From a virus: a stretch of 64,000 nt of DNA. Numbering within the stretch: the stretch's first letter is position 1; each line of letters opens with the position of its first letter. Positions 47,360 through 56,045 of the stretch are shown here, in pieces. A program made the position numbers and the translations under genes. The stretch is taken from the IMG/VR virus record IMGVR_UViG_3300020469_000009, one strand, 5' to 3'. The notes beneath the pieces were generated by a model that saw only the letters and a list, made by a program, of their open reading frames with translations, searched no databases and was not told the DNA's origin.

Positions 47360-49666
47360 ATGGCTTATAACGATTCCGAGATAAGACCTTTTCAGACCGA
47401 CGTAACTGGCTTACGTTCTGAATGGGCAAAAGTCTCTAAAATATATGACAAGCGCGGCATTACCGCAATGGATGAAAGACGTCTCTCTGACGACTTAAAA
47501 GCCTATGTCAAATACATAGCCGCCAATATGGACTCCGATACTATCAATGGTATTGATCAAAGAGTAGATTCAGATTCACTTGTACAATTTTTCGGTAAGC
47601 CAAACACTTGGAGTCGTTCAAGTGCAATCGAAAATAATACTAACATAGGAGATACTGAATGGGCTAAGGTAAGAAATTTCTTAGATGCTATTCCAGTAGC
47701 TTATGATGATGGAGCTGGTAATCAATATACTGGTGCACCTCATGCAGTATTAACTGCAGATTCTGATGGGTCAGCTAAATGGGTAAGTATATTAACATTA
47801 TTAAAAGGTTATCTATTACATTTTTTAAAGTTTGACCGTGTTGAACTTAGAAGAATGCAAGGTGAACTAAATGTAGTAAAAAATGATAGTGAAGGTTTTA
47901 AATCAGTTGCTCAAAACTTACCAGCACATCTAGATTCTGATGGACCCACAGCTACAAACTTACTAGAATCTTTATTAAATTATTTTGACGATACAGCTTT
48001 AGGTTTAGGCTTTAATTCTAGTGTCACTACTAAATTCTTAGTACCATTCAACAGAGATATATCTTATGGTGCTATAAGTGTAGATTCAGATACAAATAAC
48101 CTTGTAGATTCTGATACAAATAGAAATAGATTATATTACATTAGAAGAAAATTAGCTGATACAGTAATTACAGCTATTATGCTAGATTCTGACTATACAG
48201 ATGCTGGTCACACTAGACAATATGGTCAAAACTTGCTTGCTACTAGATTATTTACTGTAAAAGATAAGATTACTAGAAGAAATGCTCAAATGCATGCTAC
48301 AAACTTTAACTTATTTTACGAGTACTTACACTTTGACTGGATTGCAAGAGATTCAGAATTCTCTGGTAATGCTGGTGCATCAGGTACTATTGATGCAAAC
48401 TTTGGTAAAGGTGTACTTGTAGATTCAGATACACAGGGTTATTCTTTAAATTATGATAAACATGTCAATCCAGGTCTAATTAATACTTTAGAAGATTCTG
48501 ATTATGTTTCATTGCTTGTTAGAAGAAATCAGTTCTTCTGGGGATTCATGGGTCTAAGACTTGGAGCTACAGATTCTGATAGATTAATGTTATTAACTGA
48601 TTCTGATTACAAAACCAGAGCTACAAGCGGTGGTAAAAAGAAACATACAAATTATTATAATTATCATCCAGGATTTTTAACACGTTTTAAACAAATTAAT
48701 AAGAGCTTTACTGAAAGAGTAATGCTTGGTTATCTTAATCGAGATGTAGATTCAGATAATAAATTGCATAGGTCTAAAATATGGCAGCCATTAAGTGAAT
48801 ATGTCAGAAGTAATGATAGTGATTTAGAAAAATTTAGAAGAAGTATACTAACTTCTATGAATGATTCTGATAGAATTACAATAGCAAATGATATTGTTAT
48901 GAGAGCTATTGATTCAGATTCAGATGATGGCCTTGCAATAAAAAATAGATTAACTGATATAGTTATCAATCAACTTATAAATCAAGACTCAGAAAACAGT
49001 TTAATACAAAGTGTTGCTAGAAAAGAAATTCTTAAAATGGATTCAGATTCTGAGTTAGTTTCAAGAACATTTACACACTTACTTAATAGAATATCTGAAA
49101 GTGCAGTAGCATCTGACTCAGATTCTATGGGCAGAGATTCTGACCTAAGAGTAAGATTTGACAATTTAATTTTAGATAGAGTACAAAGGCTAGATTCAGA
49201 TGATTTAAACAGTGGTACAAATTTAAAATCAACATTACGTAAAAACTATATACAAACATTTGATTCAGATTCTGATTTACAAAAACGTACTGCTATAGGT
49301 GCTATCCAAGCAATGAGAGATGATAGTGATATCCTTAAAACTCAACTTAGTACATTACGAAGTAAATTAAAAACAATTACACAAGAACATATTGTACATG
49401 ATTCAGAAGGCAGTTATTCATCATTCCAATTTACTATGCCTAAAGGAAATCATCCACCTACAAATACTGATGTAGCTGTATTCTTAAATGGTGTATTACA
49501 AATGAATTCAACATCACAAAATAAACTTGGTACAGCAGCCGTAAATCATACTGTAGATATATCATCATCAGCTGTATCAGCCGCTGGAGTGATTACACTT
49601 AACTTTGCTGTTAACGTTCCAATTTCAGATGTCATAACAGTAAAATATACAACTTATCAGAAATAG
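47360..49666 (+). CDS. Unknown virion-type protein, densest DS[DE] content (~29 motifs in 768 aa)
   Basis: Late promoter at 47322-47329; C-terminal VAVFLNGVLQ fibre-type beta module; helical DSD-punctuated middle region. Confidence 0.65.
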   Translation: MAYNDSEIRPFQTDVTGLRSEWAKVSKIYDKRGITAMDERRLSDDLKAYVKYIAANMDSDTINGIDQRVDSDSLVQFFGKPNTWSRSSAIENNTNIGDTEWAKVRNFLDAIPVAYDDGAGNQYTGAPHAVLTADSDGSAKWVSILTLLKGYLLHFLKFDRVELRRMQGELNVVKNDSEGFKSVAQNLPAHLDSDGPTATNLLESLLNYFDDTALGLGFNSSVTTKFLVPFNRDISYGAISVDSDTNNLVDSDTNRNRLYYIRRKLADTVITAIMLDSDYTDAGHTRQYGQNLLATRLFTVKDKITRRNAQMHATNFNLFYEYLHFDWIARDSEFSGNAGASGTIDANFGKGVLVDSDTQGYSLNYDKHVNPGLINTLEDSDYVSLLVRRNQFFWGFMGLRLGATDSDRLMLLTDSDYKTRATSGGKKKHTNYYNYHPGFLTRFKQINKSFTERVMLGYLNRDVDSDNKLHRSKIWQPLSEYVRSNDSDLEKFRRSILTSMNDSDRITIANDIVMRAIDSDSDDGLAIKNRLTDIVINQLINQDSENSLIQSVARKEILKMDSDSELVSRTFTHLLNRISESAVASDSDSMGRDSDLRVRFDNLILDRVQRLDSDDLNSGTNLKSTLRKNYIQTFDSDSDLQKRTAIGAIQAMRDDSDILKTQLSTLRSKLKTITQEHIVHDSEGSYSSFQFTMPKGNHPPTNTDVAVFLNGVLQMNSTSQNKLGTAAVNHTVDISSSAVSAAGVITLNFAVNVPISDVITVKYTTYQK

Positions 49667-49678
49667 GATAAATAGAAT

Positions 49679-51790
49679 ATGGGAACTAAGACAAGAGATT
49701 TATCAAAACTAGGAGCTGGTTTTGTTGTAGATGGAAATAAATCACGTATTGATAGTGATAATACAATTGAAACATTTACCACATTATCTGTAAAAAGAGA
49801 TAATTCTAGTTATAACTCTGGAAAAGACAGTGATATATTTGTTGTAAATCCTGACCAAGCAAATCCTACAATTGAAACCAGACACTCTACAAAAATTAAA
49901 GATAAACTTGTATTTGATAAAGTACAAAAAGATGCTAATAGAAATGTAGCAGTAGATACAGCAGCAACAGTCAATTTACGTGCAGGACAACACTTTGATA
50001 GTGATTTAATAGATGCAGTTGTAGATGCAGTAATTGCAAAAGGTAGAAATGATTTAGATAAAGTAAATAGTAATTATCATCCTAAATTAGCACAATTACA
50101 AGCTGAGATGGCTACAAGGCTTATGAGCGATATGAATGCTGATAAAGGACCTACAGTTGGACAGTATTTAAGATGGACAGGTAATAAGTATGAACCACAA
50201 GACCCTGATGCAACTGGTAATTTTACTATTGACTTTCAATCAGCACAGGTTTCACCACAAGCTATTACAGATTCAGATACTAAAATAGGTTTTTCAAAAG
50301 TAATTTCAAATGCAAATGCTTTAGTATTTGTAAATGGTCACTTACAGCCAGTGGATTCAGATGCATTTGGTGATGGTCAATCTCCAACTGGTGCTGGTAC
50401 ATCTACAAGAGATTCAGATTCCGACAAGTATGCAATTATTGATTATAAGATACTTGCAAATGTCACAACAAAAGATGTAGACCAAGTAGTATCAGGTCCA
50501 GCAGATGCGATTAAGTTTTATGGTAGTTTAAAAGCAAATGATGAAGTATCAGTTATATCACCTATTGATGAAACTATAGCTCACTTTTATAAGAACTTTA
50601 GATTTGCCGACTCAGACTTTGTAGTTCTGCGTAAATCAAGAAGAGCTGATTTAAGTGCTAATGGTACACACCAAACATTTAGAATGATTGATTCAGATAT
50701 TTACAGTGATTCTGATTTAATTGTTTCAAGAGTTGGTGGTAATCCTCTTATCTTCTTAAATGGTATTAACTTATCTCAAAAACAAGGAGACTTTTATTTC
50801 TGGGATTCAGATTCTGACCAAGTAAATACATATAAAACTTCTAGAGTAATAGCATTTGATTCAGACCAATTCTTAAAAGATTCAGATGAATTATCAGCTG
50901 TATGGATAAGAAACGTATCAAACCAATTAGGTGGAAACAGATTACCTTCCGAAGCATTCCAAACATTAGAACATACATTTACTGTAAATGATTCAGACCA
51001 CCCAGGATTTGCTACAGGTTTAGTAGATTGTTCACCAGTATTACAAACATCAAATGACCCATTCAATGTACTAGTATTTTTAAATGGTGTATTATTATCA
51101 CAAACACCTGTCTTAGAATATCAAGTAAATGGAAATGATATATTGTTCCCATCTAGACTTAATGTTAATGACTTTGTAGCTATATACTCATTTAGTGGTC
51201 CAACAGCTGGAGTAAGTACTTTAGGTCAATTATCAAATGTTGATGAGGCTGTAGATGGTCAACAACCAAGCATAGGTGAAGCACTAGTATATTCTGGTGG
51301 TCAATGGACACATCAATTCTCTGACCAAATTAAAGAAACACCACTAACATCAGCTTGGATGAGAGTTTCATTTGATTCAGATAATGGTCCTAATCCTAAT
51401 AAGATTATTGATAGAGCTACTTATGGATTTGATTCAGATCAACTAAAATATTCAAGACATTCAGAAGGTGTTTATTTCTTCTTATTAGATTCAGAAGTAG
51501 TACCAGTAAATGATACAAATGGATTCTATATGTCCATGGCAGTGTCAACTTGTGCACCACAGGGTCAACCTATATTTTCATCAATAGATGCTCAAGGCGC
51601 AAATGCAGTAGCACCTGGTCCAGGAGCCGATTCAGAAACTGGTAAAACAATAGATGTCTTTGGTGGTAAACCATTAATTGCAAATCCAAACAATAGAGCA
51701 ATCAGAGTACGTACGTGGGATGCTAGTTCTAATCCAATTGACCCAATACAAATGAATGTACAAGTCTGGTTTAAGCGACAGTCTGGATAA
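49679..51790 (+). CDS. Tail/head fibre-like protein with repeated VF(V/L)NG modules (~19 DS[DE])
   Basis: LVFVNG, LIFLNG and LVFLNG modules; GQYLRWTGNKY and GEALVYSGGQW fibre motifs. Confidence 0.7.
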   Translation: MGTKTRDLSKLGAGFVVDGNKSRIDSDNTIETFTTLSVKRDNSSYNSGKDSDIFVVNPDQANPTIETRHSTKIKDKLVFDKVQKDANRNVAVDTAATVNLRAGQHFDSDLIDAVVDAVIAKGRNDLDKVNSNYHPKLAQLQAEMATRLMSDMNADKGPTVGQYLRWTGNKYEPQDPDATGNFTIDFQSAQVSPQAITDSDTKIGFSKVISNANALVFVNGHLQPVDSDAFGDGQSPTGAGTSTRDSDSDKYAIIDYKILANVTTKDVDQVVSGPADAIKFYGSLKANDEVSVISPIDETIAHFYKNFRFADSDFVVLRKSRRADLSANGTHQTFRMIDSDIYSDSDLIVSRVGGNPLIFLNGINLSQKQGDFYFWDSDSDQVNTYKTSRVIAFDSDQFLKDSDELSAVWIRNVSNQLGGNRLPSEAFQTLEHTFTVNDSDHPGFATGLVDCSPVLQTSNDPFNVLVFLNGVLLSQTPVLEYQVNGNDILFPSRLNVNDFVAIYSFSGPTAGVSTLGQLSNVDEAVDGQQPSIGEALVYSGGQWTHQFSDQIKETPLTSAWMRVSFDSDNGPNPNKIIDRATYGFDSDQLKYSRHSEGVYFFLLDSEVVPVNDTNGFYMSMAVSTCAPQGQPIFSSIDAQGANAVAPGPGADSETGKTIDVFGGKPLIANPNNRAIRVRTWDASSNPIDPIQMNVQVWFKRQSG

Positions 51791-51810
51791 TAAATATAGT
51801 AGGAGAAAAT

Positions 51811-52251
51811 ATGGCAAAGTCAAAAACTAGAAGATTCGCAGAATTACCAAATTTAGTACAACAAGATGCGAATGCTAATATAACGAATATCATTACACAA
51901 GGTATTACATCAAACACTTTGACAGTAAGTGGAAATGTAAGTGCTGGTGATGGAGCGTTTAATAGTTTATCTATGACTGGCTCTCTAGGAAGTGTACAAA
52001 GTTTAACATCAAATGATAGTGTCACTGCTGGAAGTTTTGTCACAACAGTAATTCATACAGGCGTGGGCACTGTCACAGTACCTACTGCAGGTTGGATAGC
52101 TGGTTCACAATTATCCATAGTCTCTAACGGTACACTAACAATAGATTGGGGAACCAGTGCTAAAGGAACATCATTAGGCAATGCTGCAAAGATGGCTTCA
52201 GGAACTTTTGACGGAAGTAAATGGTTCTTCTCTGAAGCATCGGCAGGGTAA
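51811..52251 (+). CDS. Small fibre-like virion protein
   Basis: SKTR N-terminal motif, beta-helix-like LTVSGNVSA; late promoter plus AGGAG. Confidence 0.6.
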   Translation: MAKSKTRRFAELPNLVQQDANANITNIITQGITSNTLTVSGNVSAGDGAFNSLSMTGSLGSVQSLTSNDSVTAGSFVTTVIHTGVGTVTVPTAGWIAGSQLSIVSNGTLTIDWGTSAKGTSLGNAAKMASGTFDGSKWFFSEASAG

Positions 52252-52252
52252 A

Positions 52253-52657
52253 ATGCATGTACTTACTCAATACTATAAAAAAATAACTTCAGACCAAGTA
52301 GGTTTTCTGCTTGAACCCTCAGAACAAGAAAGAAACAATGCTACATCCGTAGTAATTGAAGTGCCTGAAGGTATCAATATTACATCATTACCTGGTGTAG
52401 CAGCTCTCACAATTCCTGAATTTCCAAATGCTAACTATATTAAAGTAGTAGTTAACGGAAATATATTAGGTGCTGGAGGATTTGGTTCTGGTGGTGGAAT
52501 AGAAAACAATACAAGAAATACACAAATTAGACCGTGGGGAAGTGGTCTTGTAAGAGGCGGTGGTGCTTCAACAGGTGCTGTAAGAGATGCCTTTAATGGA
52601 CCTGTAGATTTAGTAAATGGTAATAAGAGTGACTTGCCAAGAATCTTTAATTTTTAG
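52253..52657 (+). CDS. Short gp38-adhesin-like, Gly-rich receptor-binding candidate
   Basis: Probable start ATG 52253 (the track starts at 52181); VVVNGNILGAGGFGSGGG resembles the Gly-rich motif of T2-type gp38. Confidence 0.45.
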   Translation: MHVLTQYYKKITSDQVGFLLEPSEQERNNATSVVIEVPEGINITSLPGVAALTIPEFPNANYIKVVVNGNILGAGGFGSGGGIENNTRNTQIRPWGSGLVRGGGASTGAVRDAFNGPVDLVNGNKSDLPRIFNF

Positions 52658-52663
52658 GATGAT

Positions 52664-53803
52664 ATGTCAGATAAAATTTCAAAAACTAGAAAAATCGCAA
52701 ATGCGGTAAACCCAAACGGTCCTGGTGGAAAGTTCTTTTTATCAACTGACTCTGATGCAATACTTTTCGGTAATAAAAATAATACATCATTAAAACTAGG
52801 TACAATTAATGTAGGTACTGATGGTGACCGTACACATTTTACAAGAACATCAAGAAATCTATTATTCCCACTAAATAACAGACCAGATTCAGACCACTTT
52901 AACAGATTTTCATCTACTAATCTACCATCTGCTAGACCATTTCAAGATGCAATCATTGGTAGTGACTCAGATAATTCACTTACAACTTTTAAAGGAAACT
53001 TCTTTCTTGGAGAAGATATAGGTGGTTATTTGTTAGATGACTTTACAAACCGCCATAGAAAATATCCTTTAGATTCTGATATGATTTTTGGACATGGAAC
53101 AGGTTCACAAGCAATTGCTTATCTTGAAGGTAGAAAAATAAGTAGGTTTAAAACTCGTGGTGGTATCATGTTTGGTAGAAAACATGGTGGTCAAACTATG
53201 AATATTGCAAGAGTATCAGGTGAAAATACACCATTGCAATTCGGATATCCTAAAACTGCTGGTAATGTACATGATTCTGAAAACACTGTATTCACAAGTT
53301 TTGGTACTTTAGACTTACAAGGTAGAACTTTATTCAAATCAACTGATGTGAATTTAGGATTTTTAGGACATGATTCAGATTCAGATAATGGTTTTGCATT
53401 TGAATATAATAGTTCAGGAAATACAGGTTCTTCTAAAACTATGAGTGCTCAAAATGAACAATCAATGAGCTCATTTATACAAGGAAAACAAGTAGGACAT
53501 AAATCATATGTAAATATGACAGGTGCTACATTAACAGGAACTGGCACATTTAAGTTTGCACCTATACATAATTCAAGTGGAACAATAGTAAGAAATTCAT
53601 CATTAAGTGTATCTGATATTAGAGATTCAGATGGCACACTAACAGCAAACCATTCTGGTAGTGGTCATAATATAATGACTGTAGATAGTGATGGATTCAC
53701 TATAGGCTCCACAAACGTTTCTATACCTAGTAAGTATAACTTAACTATAATAAATGCAGCTGGTTCAACAGTTGCTACAATAAAGTTTATAGACCCAAGT
53801 TAG
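52664..53803 (+). CDS. Fibre-like virion protein (~9 DS[DE])
   Basis: SKTR N-terminal motif; C-terminal LTIINAAGSTV. Confidence 0.6.
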   Translation: MSDKISKTRKIANAVNPNGPGGKFFLSTDSDAILFGNKNNTSLKLGTINVGTDGDRTHFTRTSRNLLFPLNNRPDSDHFNRFSSTNLPSARPFQDAIIGSDSDNSLTTFKGNFFLGEDIGGYLLDDFTNRHRKYPLDSDMIFGHGTGSQAIAYLEGRKISRFKTRGGIMFGRKHGGQTMNIARVSGENTPLQFGYPKTAGNVHDSENTVFTSFGTLDLQGRTLFKSTDVNLGFLGHDSDSDNGFAFEYNSSGNTGSSKTMSAQNEQSMSSFIQGKQVGHKSYVNMTGATLTGTGTFKFAPIHNSSGTIVRNSSLSVSDIRDSDGTLTANHSGSGHNIMTVDSDGFTIGSTNVSIPSKYNLTIINAAGSTVATIKFIDPS

Positions 53804-53816
53804 GATTAAATAGAAT

Positions 53817-54395
53817 ATGCCACAGAAGAGTAAAACAAGAAAACACGCAGATATAATCAGTTCATTAACATTTAATGATGCTGGTGATTTAACAGGTTTT
53901 GAAAATCCTCAAAGCATCACATTACCTGGTTTAGAAGTCACAGGTAATTCTATATTCAATGGTAATATAGGTGTTGTAGGAAATGCAGTATTTACTGGTG
54001 CTACTATTGATATAAAACAGGGTGGTATTTTTCTTGGTTCTGATTCAGATAGTTTTAATGGTACTGCAATATTCTATGGTACTGATTCTGATGATGTATG
54101 GACAAACTATGGTACAACAAATCAAATAGGTAAAACATATCTCAGAGGAAATGTAGATGTTGAAGGAACACTTAATGTCAAGTCTTCTGGAACAATTACA
54201 TTTAACTCAAATGTCACCATACCTAATTTAACTATGAACTCTGGTTCTACACTTACTTCTACAGGTAAGTCTACATTTACAAATTTGACAACAGCTAACT
54301 TCACACTCGGTGGTACAACTGTATCTTCATTTAATACATTTACAATAGAAAATACCGGTGGAACAGCACAATTTACAGGAAAGACTTTTGCTTAG
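53817..54395 (+). CDS. Fibre-like virion protein
   Basis: SKTR N-terminal motif, beta-helix-like GNVDVEGTLNV, C-terminal FTIENTGGT. Confidence 0.6.
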   Translation: MPQKSKTRKHADIISSLTFNDAGDLTGFENPQSITLPGLEVTGNSIFNGNIGVVGNAVFTGATIDIKQGGIFLGSDSDSFNGTAIFYGTDSDDVWTNYGTTNQIGKTYLRGNVDVEGTLNVKSSGTITFNSNVTIPNLTMNSGSTLTSTGKSTFTNLTTANFTLGGTTVSSFNTFTIENTGGTAQFTGKTFA

Positions 54396-54693
54396 TATCT
54401 CTCCTACAGCCAAGCATTACATTAAAGAAAAATTAGCTACTCAAGAAAAAAAGTATGCATTTCTTTCTATCAAAGGTGGAGGATGTGCAGGATTTGAATA
54501 CACTTGGGATTTTACTAATAGTGAAGATGATGGTGTACTAATTGAAGATGTATTAGTTGTTGATAAAATAGCTGAATTACATATATTAGGTTCAGAGGTA
54601 GATTATGTGCAAGAATTTTCTGGCTCACAACTTGTTATTAGAAATCCTAATGCATCTATGTCTTGTGGATGTGGTGAAAGTTTTTCTGTTTAA
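54388..54693 (+). CDS. iscA: A-type Fe-S cluster carrier (IscA/HesB/ErpA family)
   Basis: GGGCAGFEY, NPNA, SCGCGESF. Probable TTG start at 54388 after AGGA (track ORF begins at 54358). Confidence 0.93.
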   Translation: MLSISPTAKHYIKEKLATQEKKYAFLSIKGGGCAGFEYTWDFTNSEDDGVLIEDVLVVDKIAELHILGSEVDYVQEFSGSQLVIRNPNASMSCGCGESFSV

Positions 54694-55172
54694 TAACCTA
54701 TTGCGTGAATAACATCAGACATAAACAAAGCTTTTTCATCAGCTCTTCTTCTTACAAGTCCATTTAAAACTTTACCACCAGCTTTTCTCCATTTAGGAAA
54801 CTCATTTGCTGCACCTTCATAATCACCACGATTTAATTTTTGTCTGAGTGTGGATGCTTGTAGATTACCTAAGCCAACATTAAAAGAAAAAGATACTAAA
54901 GCATCAAACTGATTTTGTGTAAGTCTTGTAATAGGAATTAATGTATTGACACCACTTTCAAACCTTGCAAGGTCTTTTTTTAAAATGTCATCAACTTCTT
55001 CTGAGGTAAATGTCTTATTCCATTCTTTTGGTAAAGATTTACCATTACCAATTAAATGTCCAACTCCAACTGTCCATAAACCAATGGGGTCTTGATAAGG
55101 CTGATATCTAACACCTTCATGGTGTTTAATCATCTTAATACAATTATTGCTTGTCTTTGTTGGATTGCTCAT
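54690..55172 (-). CDS. Endolysin, GH24 phage lysozyme
   Basis: E-x8-D-x5-T triad (HEGVRYQPYQDPIGLWTVGVGH), QFDALVSFSFNVG, GLVRRRADE. Probable start at 55172 (MSNPTK). Confidence 0.93.
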   Translation of the reverse strand: MSNPTKTSNNCIKMIKHHEGVRYQPYQDPIGLWTVGVGHLIGNGKSLPKEWNKTFTSEEVDDILKKDLARFESGVNTLIPITRLTQNQFDALVSFSFNVGLGNLQASTLRQKLNRGDYEGAANEFPKWRKAGGKVLNGLVRRRADEKALFMSDVIHAIGY

Positions 55173-55353
55173 CTGGTTTGTTTTGTTCTGTGTAGGCTTT
55201 GACGAAGGCTTCAAGTCTGTTTCTGACCTTCCCCACAGGTTCCATTTCCACGCCATCAAATGCTCCTCGCTTTACGCAAACGTCTATAATTTTAATACTA
55301 TCCGCTATGTCACGGATGTTTAGCTCAGCCTCTGGCTTTTTCGCTTCACTCAT
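55144..55353 (-). CDS. Hypothetical protein (69 aa)
   Basis: AAGGAG SD; IIDVCVKRGAF...VGKVRNRL. Confidence 0.7.
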   Translation of the reverse strand: MSEAKKPEAELNIRDIADSIKIIDVCVKRGAFDGVEMEPVGKVRNRLEAFVKAYTEQNKPDEQSNKDKQ

Positions 55354-55364
55354 AATTTACTCCT

Positions 55365-55814
55365 TTATTTTTTAATTGCTCTTGAACCAAACCAAAATGC
55401 TACAATTGCTGCAAATATAGACCTAGTTTCTTCAGACCATAATGCATTTGTAATTGCTTCTATATCTCCACCTTGTGTTAGTACTACATAAGCTGCAACT
55501 CCTTCTACAAAGAAGAATATTGCAAAAAACAAATATGTAATAACTGGTCTAACTGAAGAACGCAAATTAGTAATCCATTGAGCTGCGCCTTTACCCATTT
55601 CAGTATCATGTACTAAAAGTTGAGAATCTCTTTGTGTTTCAGCAGCTTGCATCATAGCGTCAGCTTTATAAGTAGCTAGTTTTTCTTCACGCTCCATTTG
55701 CATAGCCATGACTTCTATTTCATGTGCTTTGTCTTTTTTATCTTGGAAAAAGTCTAGAATTTTAGGAACAAAAGACGTACCAAATCCAAGAAATGTTGAT
55801 AATAATGTTAACAT
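55365..55814 (-). CDS. Holin-like membrane protein (3TM / GTA-holin type)
   Basis: LRSSVRPVITY, hydrophobic helices, FWFGSR C-terminus; upstream of the lysozyme. Confidence 0.75.
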   Translation of the reverse strand: MLTLLSTFLGFGTSFVPKILDFFQDKKDKAHEIEVMAMQMEREEKLATYKADAMMQAAETQRDSQLLVHDTEMGKGAAQWITNLRSSVRPVITYLFFAIFFFVEGVAAYVVLTQGGDIEAITNALWSEETRSIFAAIVAFWFGSRAIKK

Positions 55815-55825
55815 AGTTTACCTTC

Positions 55826-56002
55826 CTATTTAAGCTTCGCAACTTGTTTTATGATTTTGTCTTTAGTTTGTCTTCGGTCGACTTCATAATCAAATTGACG
55901 TGCATATTGTTCAAGCTCAAGTTTCGTCATTGCTTTTAATTCTGAAACTTGCTTTACCTTAGGAGGAACGACTATCCTCCAAATTGTTTTAAATATATTC
56001 AT
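55826..56002 (-). CDS. Small Rho-N/HeH-like helical protein (58 aa)
   Basis: Manual translation MNIFKTIWRIVVPPKVKQVSELKAMTKLELEQYARQFDYEVDRRQTKDKIIKQVAKLK*; late promoter plus GAGG SD. Confidence 0.6.
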   Translation of the reverse strand: MNIFKTIWRIVVPPKVKQVSELKAMTKLELEQYARQFDYEVDRRQTKDKIIKQVAKLK

Positions 56003-56045
56003 AATAATATAACCTCAGTTTATTTATTCCTATAAATCAGATTTA

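Noticed and set aside
26443-54395. Very frequent GATTC/GACTC (GANTC, the CcrM/HinfI site) and GATTCAGAT strings, suggesting DNA-level selection or a dispersed repeat
   Set aside because: They arise from Asp-Ser codons (GAY TCN) in the coding frame, are nearly always followed by Asp/Glu, and many motifs use GAT AGT, which destroys GANTC. This points to protein-level selection. A frame-resolved GANTC count would settle it.
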